IMG/VR virus record: IMGVR_UViG_3300031949_001696
Strand: one strand, 5' to 3'
From: a virus
Taxonomy: Duplodnaviria; Caudoviricetes
DNA: 64,000 nucleotides
Shown here: in pieces, positions 40,212 through 49,495 of the stretch
Layout: each line of letters begins with the position of its first letter
How positions within the stretch are numbered: the stretch's first letter is position 1
Notes under the pieces: generated by a model
Told to the model about the DNA's origin: nothing
Database searches by the model: none
Seen by the model: only the letters and a program-made list of their open reading frames with translations
Position numbers and translations under genes: made by a program

Positions 40212-40688
40212 GTGCCTTATACTCACTATCCCAAGAATTCCGATAACTTAGTGTTCGCGTGGGTGCTGCCCGCGCCACCCGACGTTTCCGGCGATCACGA
40301 AGGGCCCGACTTCCTCGGACGCCCATTCTCGGAGATGAACCGCCTCAAGGAGGCGATCGCTCCCGGTGAGCTGGTTGTCGGCTACCACGACGCGCAGCCC
40401 TTCACTCGTTTCTACGGGACGTTCGCGTGCGACCAGGCACTCGAGATCACGATCTCGTTTTCGAATGAAGACGTCGCCTCCGACGGGCACGTGGTCAACG
40501 ATGACAACATCGACAAGCTGCATTACGACGGTGAGGCCCTGCGGCAAATCTACGACCCGAAGAAGCAGGGTCCGACAGGCAAGTTTTTCGTGACGATCTA
40601 CGGCCGCTTTTTGCGTGTCGAGATCAAGAACACTGGCGACGCGCCGACGAAGGAGTTGCGCGCATACGTGCGCGGCAGCGTCTTCTAG
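40212..40688 (+). CDS. Beta-rich hypothetical protein
   Basis: GAGGAG SD; GRFLRVEIKNTG. Confidence 0.65.
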   Translation: MPYTHYPKNSDNLVFAWVLPAPPDVSGDHEGPDFLGRPFSEMNRLKEAIAPGELVVGYHDAQPFTRFYGTFACDQALEITISFSNEDVASDGHVVNDDNIDKLHYDGEALRQIYDPKKQGPTGKFFVTIYGRFLRVEIKNTGDAPTKELRAYVRGSVF

Positions 40689-40690
40689 CA

Positions 40691-40912
40691 ATGACCAAGC
40701 ACGAGATCAGGACGACCGTCGGAGGCAGCGTGTGGACCCATTCGGTGGGCGTGGGACAGCGCGTGTTCGCCGGTACGACGCTTCTCATCTGTGAGGTGAT
40801 GAAGTGCGAATTTCCGATCGAGACATTCGTCGATGGAATCGTCAGCTGGCTTCGGCCGTGCGGCGAGACCGTCGAGGCTGACGATGTCGTCGCGATCCTT
40901 GAAGTCGCGTGA
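40691..40912 (+). CDS. Biotin/lipoyl carrier domain protein
   Basis: GSVW, VGQRV, EVMK (biotinylation Lys), DGIV. Confidence 0.75.
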   Translation: MTKHEIRTTVGGSVWTHSVGVGQRVFAGTTLLICEVMKCEFPIETFVDGIVSWLRPCGETVEADDVVAILEVA

Positions 40913-40958
40913 TCCGACGATAAGCATTCATGCGCCGATTCGTTCGCGCGCGTTCTCA

Positions 40959-41606
40959 CTAACCGACGATGGGCCGACACTTCAGGACCGCGGAAGCGGC
41001 CACTGGGCGGATCCGTCGCGCGGGGTCTTCATGGTCCTGGTAGCTACGGATAGTGCCCTCGCGCCGCAACTCCTCCCGCGCTTGGCTCAGGAGCTTCGAG
41101 CACAGTGCTTGCACGCGTCGGGTCTTGGGACCAAGGTTGTGAACCGCGTGTAAGGACCCAGCACCGAACTGACCCCCACTCCCCTGGAGACGGGTCCAGT
41201 AGCGCTGACCGTCGTGATCGACAAGAAACTCGAAGCCGATGATCTCGTTCTTCGTGGAGGCGGCGGTTGCGATCGTCGAGTGCCCCGACCTCTTACTCTT
41301 CTTGCTGTTCAGCGCTTCGGCGATCTCACGATCTAGTTGAGCGGATGACTTTTTCGCCGTCTTCTTCTGTGTCGAGTAGTCGACACGCGTTCCTTTGACC
41401 CGCGCTGTCTCGAGCCAGCGCGGATGCGACCAGTTCCCGGCGGCTTCAGGCAGCGCGCGGTTCCGAATATACGCGTTGATGGTGTCGTTCCACGCTTGGC
41501 GCCGTCTCGGCTTGTCGGGAAAGCCGACCCTCTCGTGCTCGGCTATGCGCGGGAGAATTTCCGCGCGGAACATCTCCTCGAACTGGCTCTTGGTCATCTT
41601 CGACAT
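40959..41606 (-). CDS. Two-module hypothetical protein with central KKSSAQLDREIAEAL tag
   Basis: Internal ATG (MSKMTKSQF). Confidence 0.65.
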   Translation of the reverse strand: MSKMTKSQFEEMFRAEILPRIAEHERVGFPDKPRRRQAWNDTINAYIRNRALPEAAGNWSHPRWLETARVKGTRVDYSTQKKTAKKSSAQLDREIAEALNSKKSKRSGHSTIATAASTKNEIIGFEFLVDHDGQRYWTRLQGSGGQFGAGSLHAVHNLGPKTRRVQALCSKLLSQAREELRREGTIRSYQDHEDPARRIRPVAASAVLKCRPIVG

Positions 41607-41760
41607 GGATTCTTCCGATACTACTTCGCGAGTGCGTGCTCGCGCCAGAATGCGGCACGCGCGGCGGGATCTTTGCAGCTCGGATCGCCGGGCTCCTACG
41701 GAGCCGCCGGGCCGCCAAACGCGATATAGAGGCGTCGCAGCATTCGCATTTCTCCTCGTG

Positions 41761-42351
41761 CTACGCGCCGCCGTGCATGGCCCTCGTCGACCAGTAGAGG
41801 ATCGCCTCCGCGAACTGCGCGGCGGTGTACTCCGCCTTGGTGCCGCCTGGCAGCGCCAGGAAGTTTCTGGCCATCGCCATCGGTGACATCGGCTCGGGCT
41901 CGGCGCTCGTGCGCGCGTTGATGCTGACGATCTCGTAGGCGGTGTCAGCATCCGGGGTCTCGCCCTCTTCGACGAGAAGCGCACGGCTGTAGAGGATGAT
42001 GTCGACGGCGACGGCCTCGGTTTTGCGACCGATCGCTTGGACCTCGACGAACGCCGCTTCACCGGGCCGCCGCGCCGCGAACCGAGCGCGCAGGGGCGTC
42101 GTTTCGGTCAGCACGGTGACCCCGCTGTAGAATCGGAAGCCGGCGAAGCCCAGCGGGATGCTCAGCACCACCACACCCGGCTTGTAACCGTCCTTGGCGA
42201 TCGCATCGAGCTTGGCCGGCTCTTCCATGCACTTCTCGACGTGGACTTCGAGGGTGCGCCAGTCGGCGGTTTTGCCGATCGGATCGGCGAGGAAGCTGAA
42301 GGGTGACTCGGCGGTCTGCCGCTTCACGAACGCGTTGCACTTGATTCTCAT
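41761..42351 (-). CDS. DUF3228-like protein
   Basis: FVKRQ, DGY, ILYS, EPMSPMAMARN.L...GGT, YW; AAGGA SD. Confidence 0.65.
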   Translation of the reverse strand: MRIKCNAFVKRQTAESPFSFLADPIGKTADWRTLEVHVEKCMEEPAKLDAIAKDGYKPGVVVLSIPLGFAGFRFYSGVTVLTETTPLRARFAARRPGEAAFVEVQAIGRKTEAVAVDIILYSRALLVEEGETPDADTAYEIVSINARTSAEPEPMSPMAMARNFLALPGGTKAEYTAAQFAEAILYWSTRAMHGGA

Positions 42352-42463
42352 GGACTCGTCTTGTTCCTTTGGTAGTTGTTTAATGGAGTCGAACGCGCCC
42401 GGGTATGCCCCCGGGCAGGCTCCACGAGCGGGATCGATCCCTCGTGGTTCTTGGGGGCCATCG

Positions 42464-42871
42464 TCAGCCCGTTCGCGAATCCCCAGCACGCTCTCGGTCG
42501 CGAACTGCCGAGTGGCGCGGTGAGGCGCCGGGGGAAACTTGTTTCTTTTGCTCTTGAGACGTCTGTGCGCGCGGTTTCTGACAGAGGAATTTCTGGGCAT
42601 CGCGGAGCGCTGCTCTCCAGCCGTCGTGGCTCTCCGCACGCGTGTTGTCCGCGAGCGCTGCTTCTGCTTTCGCGATGAAGACTTCGACGGCCTGCTCGGG
42701 CGTCGTGTAGTAGTAGCGTCCGGCGTTCAGCTCGGACTTGGGAAGGAGCATGGTGAAGATGCTCTGCGCGCGAGGCTGAATGACGATCCAGTCGCGGCGG
42801 TGTTCGATCACTGCATGCGCCTCGATGCCGCTTGCGGGCGAATACGAGTAGACGTGGCGCGGCTTTTTCAT
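42464..42871 (-). CDS. Hypothetical protein
   Basis: GGAG SD before MKKPRH. Confidence 0.5.
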   Translation of the reverse strand: MKKPRHVYSYSPASGIEAHAVIEHRRDWIVIQPRAQSIFTMLLPKSELNAGRYYYTTPEQAVEVFIAKAEAALADNTRAESHDGWRAALRDAQKFLCQKPRAQTSQEQKKQVSPGASPRHSAVRDRERAGDSRTG

Positions 42872-43073
42872 GGCGTCATCTCCACTGTCATCGGATCGGT
42901 AGGACGCGCCGCCCGGATCGGACAGCCGTTTGCCATCTCCGCGGCCGATCTTGTCGATTTCAACTCTCGTCATCTGCGAGTACGACGGCGAAAGGGCAGC
43001 AGATCTGACAGCAGGTTGGCGGTGATCTCTGAAAGCCGCGTCGAGACAAGCTTTTCATGGTAAAGATCGGTTG

Positions 43074-43511
43074 ATGCCGTCTCATCCGCGCGTCAACGGA
43101 GGCGTCACCAGTGGCGACTCCCACGCGGCTGCGCGCGGCCGGCAAAGGCTTAAAATCTCCGGGCTCGGCTACGCTGCTTCTCGACATGGCATCGATGCGA
43201 CCGTCGAATCAGCACAGGCGGCGCGCAAGTTCCTACGCCAGAACGCTATCGAGTTCGTGGGGGCGTTACCCGGCGATCTCTTGAAGGGTCGGCGACTCGA
43301 CCGGCCAGGCGATGACGAGATGCTCTGCATCATGGCGATGGCCTACTCGTGCGCGCGGCACGGCGTCGATGCCGACGTGGGGATGGCCCGCGAGGGACTC
43401 GCCCTTTTGTGTCAGGCAGCGATCGACTTCGTCGAATCGCTACCGAAGGAAGATCAGCCGTCGAAGCGGGCGGCCGATTCGCATTTTCAACTCGACGGCG
43501 GCGCAGGATGA
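43074..43511 (+). CDS. Hypothetical protein with internal duplication (Y...RHG.DA...A.EFV)
   Basis: Two similar halves; ATGA coupling. Confidence 0.6.
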   Translation: MPSHPRVNGGVTSGDSHAAARGRQRLKISGLGYAASRHGIDATVESAQAARKFLRQNAIEFVGALPGDLLKGRRLDRPGDDEMLCIMAMAYSCARHGVDADVGMAREGLALLCQAAIDFVESLPKEDQPSKRAADSHFQLDGGAG

Positions 43512-43870
43512 GCGCGAAGCTGCCGAAGTCGTGGCCTCCGACGGCACGCCGCATCCTTTTGGACGCCGCACAGTTCTTCTATCGCCAGATGAACGAGCCG
43601 TTCGCCGTCTACGACGTGCACATGGACGAGGCCGTCGAGTGGGCGAACAAAGAACTTGAGGTGCGGCAGCGCGAGATCTACGAGGAGGCATCTCCGCGGT
43701 GGATCGACAAGTGGGAAAGCGGCAAGCTCGACGCCGAGATGAAGAAGGCAATCGACGAGACGTACGGTAGGCTCCGCCGCGCAGAGCGCGCGATTCGATC
43801 GCATTCCACCGCGAAGAAGCGCCCGCGGCAGCTCGACGCCGAGATCGCCCAGGCGCTCTCGAAGAGGTAA
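43508..43870 (+). CDS. Hypothetical protein with C-terminal HSTAKK..QLDAEIAQAL tag
   Basis: Internal ATG; shared tag. Confidence 0.7.
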   Translation: MSAKLPKSWPPTARRILLDAAQFFYRQMNEPFAVYDVHMDEAVEWANKELEVRQREIYEEASPRWIDKWESGKLDAEMKKAIDETYGRLRRAERAIRSHSTAKKRPRQLDAEIAQALSKR

Positions 43871-43916
43871 GATTGCACATGGGTCCTTTGACGCTTTCGA
43901 TCCAGGAGAAGACCGC

Positions 43917-44384
43917 GTGAGGGCCGGGTACGGGCGCGGATACTACGGCGAAGGTCAGCTCGCGCGCAGCGCCCCGCGTCGTCGGAGCTGGTTCACTGTT
44001 GTTGCCGTCCTCGGTGTCGGCGCCGCGGTGGTGTGGCTCTTGTGGCCGCGTGGATCGTCGCCCGAGCCTATGTACGGGGGCAAGGAGTCCGAAGCTCCTC
44101 CGCCTCCGCCTCCGCCGTCAGGAGCCCAGATCCAGATCAGTCCTCCGACGTCGTTGCTGCTCCAGATCAGCGCGCCCGCCGAGGCTTCTCCGCCCGGTGT
44201 GGCGGTGGGTGCCTTCCTCAAGCAGCTCGAGGACGACGCGCTCTTGCGTGGTTTTTCGTCTACCAAGGAGTACGAGGACTCGGTGATCGCGATCGCCAAG
44301 GAGCTTGGGGCCACGGGCACGAAGGTCATGCTCGCTCCGCATCTACAGCACCTCGCCCCGCGCTTGGGGTCTTCGGCGCCGTGA
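43917..44384 (+). CDS. TM protein with RGYYG tag
   Basis: AGGAG SD; TM segment; poly-Pro. Confidence 0.65.
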   Translation: MRAGYGRGYYGEGQLARSAPRRRSWFTVVAVLGVGAAVVWLLWPRGSSPEPMYGGKESEAPPPPPPPSGAQIQISPPTSLLLQISAPAEASPPGVAVGAFLKQLEDDALLRGFSSTKEYEDSVIAIAKELGATGTKVMLAPHLQHLAPRLGSSAP

Positions 44385-46426
44385 GCGATCCCGCTTCGTC
44401 TGCCCGCCGCTTTGTCTGCCGCGCATGCGGCCACAGGCATGCCACCTGGGCAGCACGCTGTTCGAGCTGCCGCGCGCTGGAGGGACTCACCGTCGAGTTG
44501 ATCGAGGTGCCGGTCTTGCTTCCGGCTCTTCCGCCGCAGACGCAGAGTGTTCCGCAGGTGGTGGCGCCGGAGCCGTCACGTCCGCGTCTCATGATCGCGC
44601 GCGCGCCCGAGCCTGCTCTCGAAGATCCGGCCGAGGAGCTGGTGGACGTTGCCTCGCCGGCGTCGGTGCCACTCTCCGATGTCTCCGAGACGACGTTCGC
44701 GCGCGATTTGACGGGATTGACGCCGCTCGACTACGTGCTCGGGGGCGGCCTCGTCGTGGCCTCCGTCATCTTGCTTGCGTCTCCGCGAGGGATCGGCAAA
44801 TGCCTCGGCGGCGGAACTCCCGTGCTCATGTTTGACGGGCGCTCGCTGCCTGTTGAGCAAATTTTACCGGGTGATCGTTTGATGGGTCCCGATGGCAAGT
44901 CACGTACGGTTCTCGCGACGACCGCTGGTATCGGAGAACTTTTCCGAATTGATCCGATTAAGGGTGAGCCCTGGATTTGCAACGGTGCGCATGTACTCAC
45001 GCTGGTCAACGGCCATACCGACGAAGTGATTGACGTGCCGCTTAGTGAGTGGCTCGCGAAGACACCGCACTCCGATCTGCGGCGCTATGGAAAGTTGTTC
45101 AGCACAGGCATCAACACGTTCGGAGATTCGACCGCAAACGAGCAGCATCTTTTGCCGATCGACCCTTATTTCCTTGGAGTTTGGTTCGGTGATGGAACGA
45201 AATGGCGCATCGAACGGACAACGGGCGAACAGCTCGCGAAGATTCAAATTACCAAACCCGATCCTGAGATTCTTGCGTTGTGTGAGGAACAGGGACGTTT
45301 GTGGGGTCTTCGTGTGCATACATACGAGTCCGCAACCAAGCGCGCTTCATATCAGCTTGTCGCGAATGAAGCTCCAGAAGGTGAAGGACGTTGGGCACCA
45401 AATCCATTGCTGCGTGCCCTTCGCGATATCGTTGGACCGGAGGTCAAAGTCCCCGACGCGTATCTCCGAGCCCCGCGGGGCCCGCGCCTTCAGTTTCTAG
45501 CAGGCTGGTGCGATACGGATGGCGAACTTGCGGGCACAACCTTCGTTATTTCGCAAAAGCGTGAAGACTGGGCGCGTACCATCTGGTGGCTCGCGCGCTC
45601 TCTCGGTTTCTGCGCGACCATTAAAACGCGAACCTCTCATTACACACGACCTGACGGTTCGCGCTTTGAAGGAACATACTGGGTCGTATTTATCAGCGGC
45701 GATACAGATCAAATCCCCACGCGACTACCGCGCAAGAAAGCGCCGCCTCGACGACAGAAAAAAGTCGCGACGCGGACCGGATTTACTGTGCATTCCTTGG
45801 GCGAGGGCGCTTATTACGGTTTTTCGCTCGACAGTGATGGGCGCTTCCTGCTCGGGGACTTCACTGTCACACACAATTCATCGCTAGCGCTCCAGATGCT
45901 CAACGGACTCGGGCATCGCTGTCTGTACGTATCGGGAGAGGAGACACTTGAGCAGGTGGCCATGACGGCTCGCCGTATCGGCGCGGCCTCGAAGAAGGTC
46001 AACATGCTGCCCGAGAGGAATCTCTCCATGATCTTCGCCGAGGCGCGCGCGATCCGGGCACAGACGATCGTGATCGATTCGATCCAGAAGATGCGCTGTG
46101 ATGACGTGGGCGGTCGCGCCGGTTCGCCGGGACAGCTCAAGGAGTGCACGGCGCAACTGGTCGACTACGCCAAGAACAACAGGACGGCTCTCTGGCTCAT
46201 TGGACACACGACTTCCGATGGCGACATCGCGGGGCCCATGACGATCGAGCACGAGGTCGACGTGGTGCTCGAACTGACGCAAGGCGCAAAGTTTGACGGC
46301 AATGAGCGGATCCTCACGTGCTTGGGCAAGAACAGGTTCGGACCGAGTAACCTGGTGGGACACTTCGAGCTGACCGCCAAGGGTTTTGTCTCCGTCGACG
46401 CCGACGGGTGGAACGAGGAGCTGTGA
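44381..46426 (+). CDS. radA: RadA/Sms-like ATPase (Zn finger + RecA core, no Lon-like domain) with intein
   Basis: FVCRACG...W...CSSC; LDYVLGGG; GIGK|S; YVSGEE; VIDSIQ; KNRFG. Confidence 0.85.
   Translation: MSDPASSARRFVCRACGHRHATWAARCSSCRALEGLTVELIEVPVLLPALPPQTQSVPQVVAPEPSRPRLMIARAPEPALEDPAEELVDVASPASVPLSDVSETTFARDLTGLTPLDYVLGGGLVVASVILLASPRGIGKCLGGGTPVLMFDGRSLPVEQILPGDRLMGPDGKSRTVLATTAGIGELFRIDPIKGEPWICNGAHVLTLVNGHTDEVIDVPLSEWLAKTPHSDLRRYGKLFSTGINTFGDSTANEQHLLPIDPYFLGVWFGDGTKWRIERTTGEQLAKIQITKPDPEILALCEEQGRLWGLRVHTYESATKRASYQLVANEAPEGEGRWAPNPLLRALRDIVGPEVKVPDAYLRAPRGPRLQFLAGWCDTDGELAGTTFVISQKREDWARTIWWLARSLGFCATIKTRTSHYTRPDGSRFEGTYWVVFISGDTDQIPTRLPRKKAPPRRQKKVATRTGFTVHSLGEGAYYGFSLDSDGRFLLGDFTVTHNSSLALQMLNGLGHRCLYVSGEETLEQVAMTARRIGAASKKVNMLPERNLSMIFAEARAIRAQTIVIDSIQKMRCDDVGGRAGSPGQLKECTAQLVDYAKNNRTALWLIGHTTSDGDIAGPMTIEHEVDVVLELTQGAKFDGNERILTCLGKNRFGPSNLVGHFELTAKGFVSVDADGWNEEL
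44801..45877 (+). mobile_element. Intein (359 aa) with LAGLIDADG homing endonuclease in the RadA P-loop
   Basis: Starts CLGGGTPV, ends FTVTHN|S; PYFLGVWFGDG and FLAGWCDTDG; lower GC. Confidence 0.92.
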
Positions 46427-46428
46427 CG

Positions 46429-47073
46429 ATGCTCGAGCGTATCTCGACAGGTCTGCGTTCGCTCGATCACGTGCTCGGTGGTGGTCTTGTTGAAGCGTCG
46501 GTGGTTTTGCTCGCGTCTCCTCCGAACATTGGCAAGTCGAGCCTGTCGCTCCAGATGCTCGCCGACCTGGGGCACAGATGTCTCTACGCTTCTGGCGAGG
46601 AGACACGCGCTCATCTCGAAGGGATGGCGCGCCGCCTCGGTGTGCTAACGCCACGCCTCTCCGTGCGCTCCGAGCGAAACCTTGCGACGATCTTCACCCA
46701 CGCGCGCGAGACGCGCGCGCAGACGATCGTGGTCGATTCGATCCAGACGATGATCTGCGAGGATGTGAACGGTCGCCGCGGATCGCCTGCTCAGGTCAAG
46801 GAGTGCGTCTCGCGCCTGGTCCATTACGCCAAGACGAACAACACGACGATCTGGATCATCGGGCATGTCACGAGCGACGGTGACGTCGCGAACAAGACGA
46901 TCGAGCACGACGTCGACGTCGTGCTCAAGCTGTCGCGGGGAGCGAAGTTCAACGGCAACGAGAGGATCCTGCGCTGTCCGAGCAAGAACCGCTATGGGCC
47001 GACCAACGCGGTGGGCCATTTCGAGCTGACCGCCAAAGGTTTCGTTCCCGTCGACGCCGATGGATGGAACTAG
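46429..47073 (+). CDS. radA: Second RadA/Sms-like ATPase core, lacking intein and Zn finger
   Basis: LDHVLGGG, IGKS, SGEE, VDSIQ, IGHVT, KNRYG. Confidence 0.85.
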   Translation: MLERISTGLRSLDHVLGGGLVEASVVLLASPPNIGKSSLSLQMLADLGHRCLYASGEETRAHLEGMARRLGVLTPRLSVRSERNLATIFTHARETRAQTIVVDSIQTMICEDVNGRRGSPAQVKECVSRLVHYAKTNNTTIWIIGHVTSDGDVANKTIEHDVDVVLKLSRGAKFNGNERILRCPSKNRYGPTNAVGHFELTAKGFVPVDADGWN

Positions 47074-47086
47074 GAGCTGTGGGACT

Positions 47087-47323
47087 GTGAGCCAGACCAA
47101 GACGCTCGGACGCTTCAAGCTGAAGTCCTACGCGACTGCCCAGCCGCCGCTTCAGTATGCCGCGCTCGTGACCCATCGCGACACGGGCGATCAGTGGATG
47201 CTGGCGCTACATGTCGACAACCTCGACGCGTGCGAAGCAGCTCTCAACAAGTTGACGCGTGCCGAGATCGAACAATGGACGTCCACGACCCCACCACTGC
47301 AATTTCCAAAGGAGTCCTCCTGA
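47087..47323 (+). CDS. Hypothetical protein
   Basis: AGGAG SD; TGATG coupling. Confidence 0.5.
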   Translation: MSQTKTLGRFKLKSYATAQPPLQYAALVTHRDTGDQWMLALHVDNLDACEAALNKLTRAEIEQWTSTTPPLQFPKESS

Positions 47324-47604
47324 TGCGACTGCGCTGGTCTGGAGACGATCGGAAAATGTCAGGCAAGACGTCGCTCGACTGTCTGCGCATGCACTGCCAC
47401 GGCGACCACAGCGTCGAGGGCCAGCGCGGCGATGTCGATGGCGTGATGAAGCGGATCGCCACGACGTTTCAGATCGATCAGTCCTACGCAGCGCTTCCGA
47501 CCTTGGAGGAGCGCTGCGGCGCTTTTGTGAAGATCGCACTCGACTGCGGTCTGCTCGTCGACCTCGCGACCGGCCCCACGCGCCCGGAAGGCGAGCCACG
47601 TTGA
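47323..47604 (+). CDS. Hypothetical protein
   Basis: AAGGAG SD; coupled stops and starts. Confidence 0.55.
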   Translation: MRLRWSGDDRKMSGKTSLDCLRMHCHGDHSVEGQRGDVDGVMKRIATTFQIDQSYAALPTLEERCGAFVKIALDCGLLVDLATGPTRPEGEPR

Positions 47605-47900
47605 CGGACGCCGAGATCAAGCGACTGCGCGAGCGCTCCCACGTGCACGACGACTACTGCTACGGCCAGTACGAGCCGTGTGGCGAACATCATGGACACG
47701 ACGACAAGTGCGGCGGCCGTCCGCTCCTCTGTCGGCAGCGCGAGGACAAGGACCTGGTCGCACTGCTCGCGGAGTTCGATTGCATGCGTGATGAGCTGGC
47801 TCGCGGCGTCGAACGTGATCAGCGCGATCGCCGCGCGCGAGGGACATCGCGAACGATCGCGGCAACGCCGACCAGCGCGGTCGGTGACGCGCGATCATAA
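47601..47900 (+). CDS. His/Cys-rich hypothetical protein
   Basis: HVHDDYCY, HGHDDKC; TTGA overlap. Confidence 0.5.
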   Translation: MTDAEIKRLRERSHVHDDYCYGQYEPCGEHHGHDDKCGGRPLLCRQREDKDLVALLAEFDCMRDELARGVERDQRDRRARGTSRTIAATPTSAVGDARS

Positions 47901-47946
47901 ACCACGAAACTCGCGTTTTTGCCTCTCACGGCAGTAGACTTTGGCC

Positions 47947-48249
47947 ATGTGGATCATCTTGGGAGGTCTCGCGATACTCGGAGCTCTCGTGGTTGCGCGC
48001 GCGAGCGGTTCTCCGCGAGAAGCCGCGCTGCCGAAGATCGTATACGAAGTTCACGGCTACCAAGCACGCGACGGCTATATGACGTCATCACGCTTTGAAG
48101 ACGAGCAGAAAGCGCGGCAGTACGCCCATCGCGAGCTGAAAGGACGTCCAGACATGAGCATCGCGGTCGCCACCATCATCGACGACCAGCGTCTGGGAAC
48201 TATCCTTATGGCGCATCCACCGAACTACAATCCCTGGAAGAGCATGTAA
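47947..48249 (+). CDS. N-anchored small protein
   Basis: Hydrophobic N-terminus. Confidence 0.55.
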   Translation: MWIILGGLAILGALVVARASGSPREAALPKIVYEVHGYQARDGYMTSSRFEDEQKARQYAHRELKGRPDMSIAVATIIDDQRLGTILMAHPPNYNPWKSM

Positions 48250-48290
48250 TGATCGGGCGCCTTCCAACCAAGAACCGCCTCGGAATCAAG

Positions 48291-48770
48291 CTATAGCCGA
48301 CGTAACACTTTGCGGGACTGGAAGGGGACTGGAAGGTCTTCGATGTCGACGAGGACGAGCTTCACGGGATAGCCGTCGATCGAGGGCGGTAGCGCGGGTA
48401 CCGGGTAGCCGCGGAGCCAGCGCACCTCGTAGGCCGCGTTCCAGAAGGGCGGCGGGTCATGGGGATTCTGGAGGACGACGCCACGGCCGACGAGTCCCGG
48501 CAGGCGTACCTCTGCGGCGAGCTGATCCAGCGGGGTGGTGAGGAGTTTTGCGATGCCGTATGCGATGCCGTCGATCCGCGCGAAGTCCTCTGGCGAGAGC
48601 AGCGCATGCGACAGGCGCAGCAGTCGATCATCGGATAGCGCGCCGGCGCAATACAGGCGATCCGCTTCGTGACTGATCTGGTCCAGCTGTGCTTCCGAGA
48701 GCCGGCCAGCGCGACGCAGTTGATCCACGTCGTCGCAGAACTGGTTCCATGCGCCCGGGTTCGATCTCAT
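48291..48770 (-). CDS. Hypothetical protein
   Basis: ORF with coding bias. Confidence 0.55.
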   Translation of the reverse strand: MRSNPGAWNQFCDDVDQLRRAGRLSEAQLDQISHEADRLYCAGALSDDRLLRLSHALLSPEDFARIDGIAYGIAKLLTTPLDQLAAEVRLPGLVGRGVVLQNPHDPPPFWNAAYEVRWLRGYPVPALPPSIDGYPVKLVLVDIEDLPVPFQSRKVLRRL

Positions 48771-48809
48771 CGGCAGAACTGATGGTATCCCGTTCTTACT
48801 CTTGAAGCT

Positions 48810-49169
48810 TCAGTCGTAGTCGCAGAGCCAAATTAGCTGTCCATCAGGGAGCTTGATCGGTGGGTCGAGGGCCATGGCTGCTGCTTGGACAGTCCGCCAG
48901 GTCTCGGTAGCCTTCTCGATGTTTTTCGAGCCGATTTGTCGCTCGATAGCGGTGGCTAGATCTTCGATCGGCATCACGCCGCCCGGGATCTGATGCTCGT
49001 ATTTCCGTGCGATCGTGTTCAGGAGCGGAACAACCGCGTAGCTCGTCACTCCTTCGTAGGACGTTTGAATGCGGTGCTCGTCGAAGATCTCGTAGAGTGG
49101 GCCGTCGTCGCTGAGCGGAGGAAGCTCTACACAGCCAAAGCCGACGGCGTAGTAGGTCCCCGATCCCAT
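48810..49169 (-). CDS. Hypothetical phage-like protein
   Basis: ORF adjacent to upstream stop. Confidence 0.55.
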   Translation of the reverse strand: MGSGTYYAVGFGCVELPPLSDDGPLYEIFDEHRIQTSYEGVTSYAVVPLLNTIARKYEHQIPGGVMPIEDLATAIERQIGSKNIEKATETWRTVQAAAMALDPPIKLPDGQLIWLCDYD

Positions 49170-49172
49170 AGG

Positions 49173-49484
49173 TCAATTACCTGACGTTTCGCGATCGCGC
49201 TCGGCCTGCTCGACGATCGCGCGGTAGTCAATGCGTTTCGCTTTGTTCATTTCCGCGTCGAGCTTTCGCACGTATTGGATCGCCGCCGTCTCGAGGTCGA
49301 GCCCGGCACCAGAGGCCGCGTCCGAGTTCTCGGCGACCGCGTTCGCGTAGCGGATTGCGACAGCTCGCAGCTCCTTGATCTCGGGAACGAGCTTCTCGAC
49401 GTCCACGCTGTCACGATTTACGGCTTTGGTCGCCGCAAGCGCGTCCAGCCACTTGGTGACATCGTCGTGCTCTTCGTCGCTCAT
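49173..49484 (-). CDS. Hypothetical helical protein
   Basis: GAGG SD. Confidence 0.55.
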   Translation of the reverse strand: MSDEEHDDVTKWLDALAATKAVNRDSVDVEKLVPEIKELRAVAIRYANAVAENSDAASGAGLDLETAAIQYVRKLDAEMNKAKRIDYRAIVEQAERDRETSGN

Positions 49485-49495
49485 CGCACCTCTTG

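Noticed and set aside
47071-47082. TAG aligned with GAG (Glu) of the paralog, suggesting stop-codon recoding
   Set aside because: Single case 3 codons from the end; other TAG stops fall at sensible gene ends and no suppressor tRNA is present.
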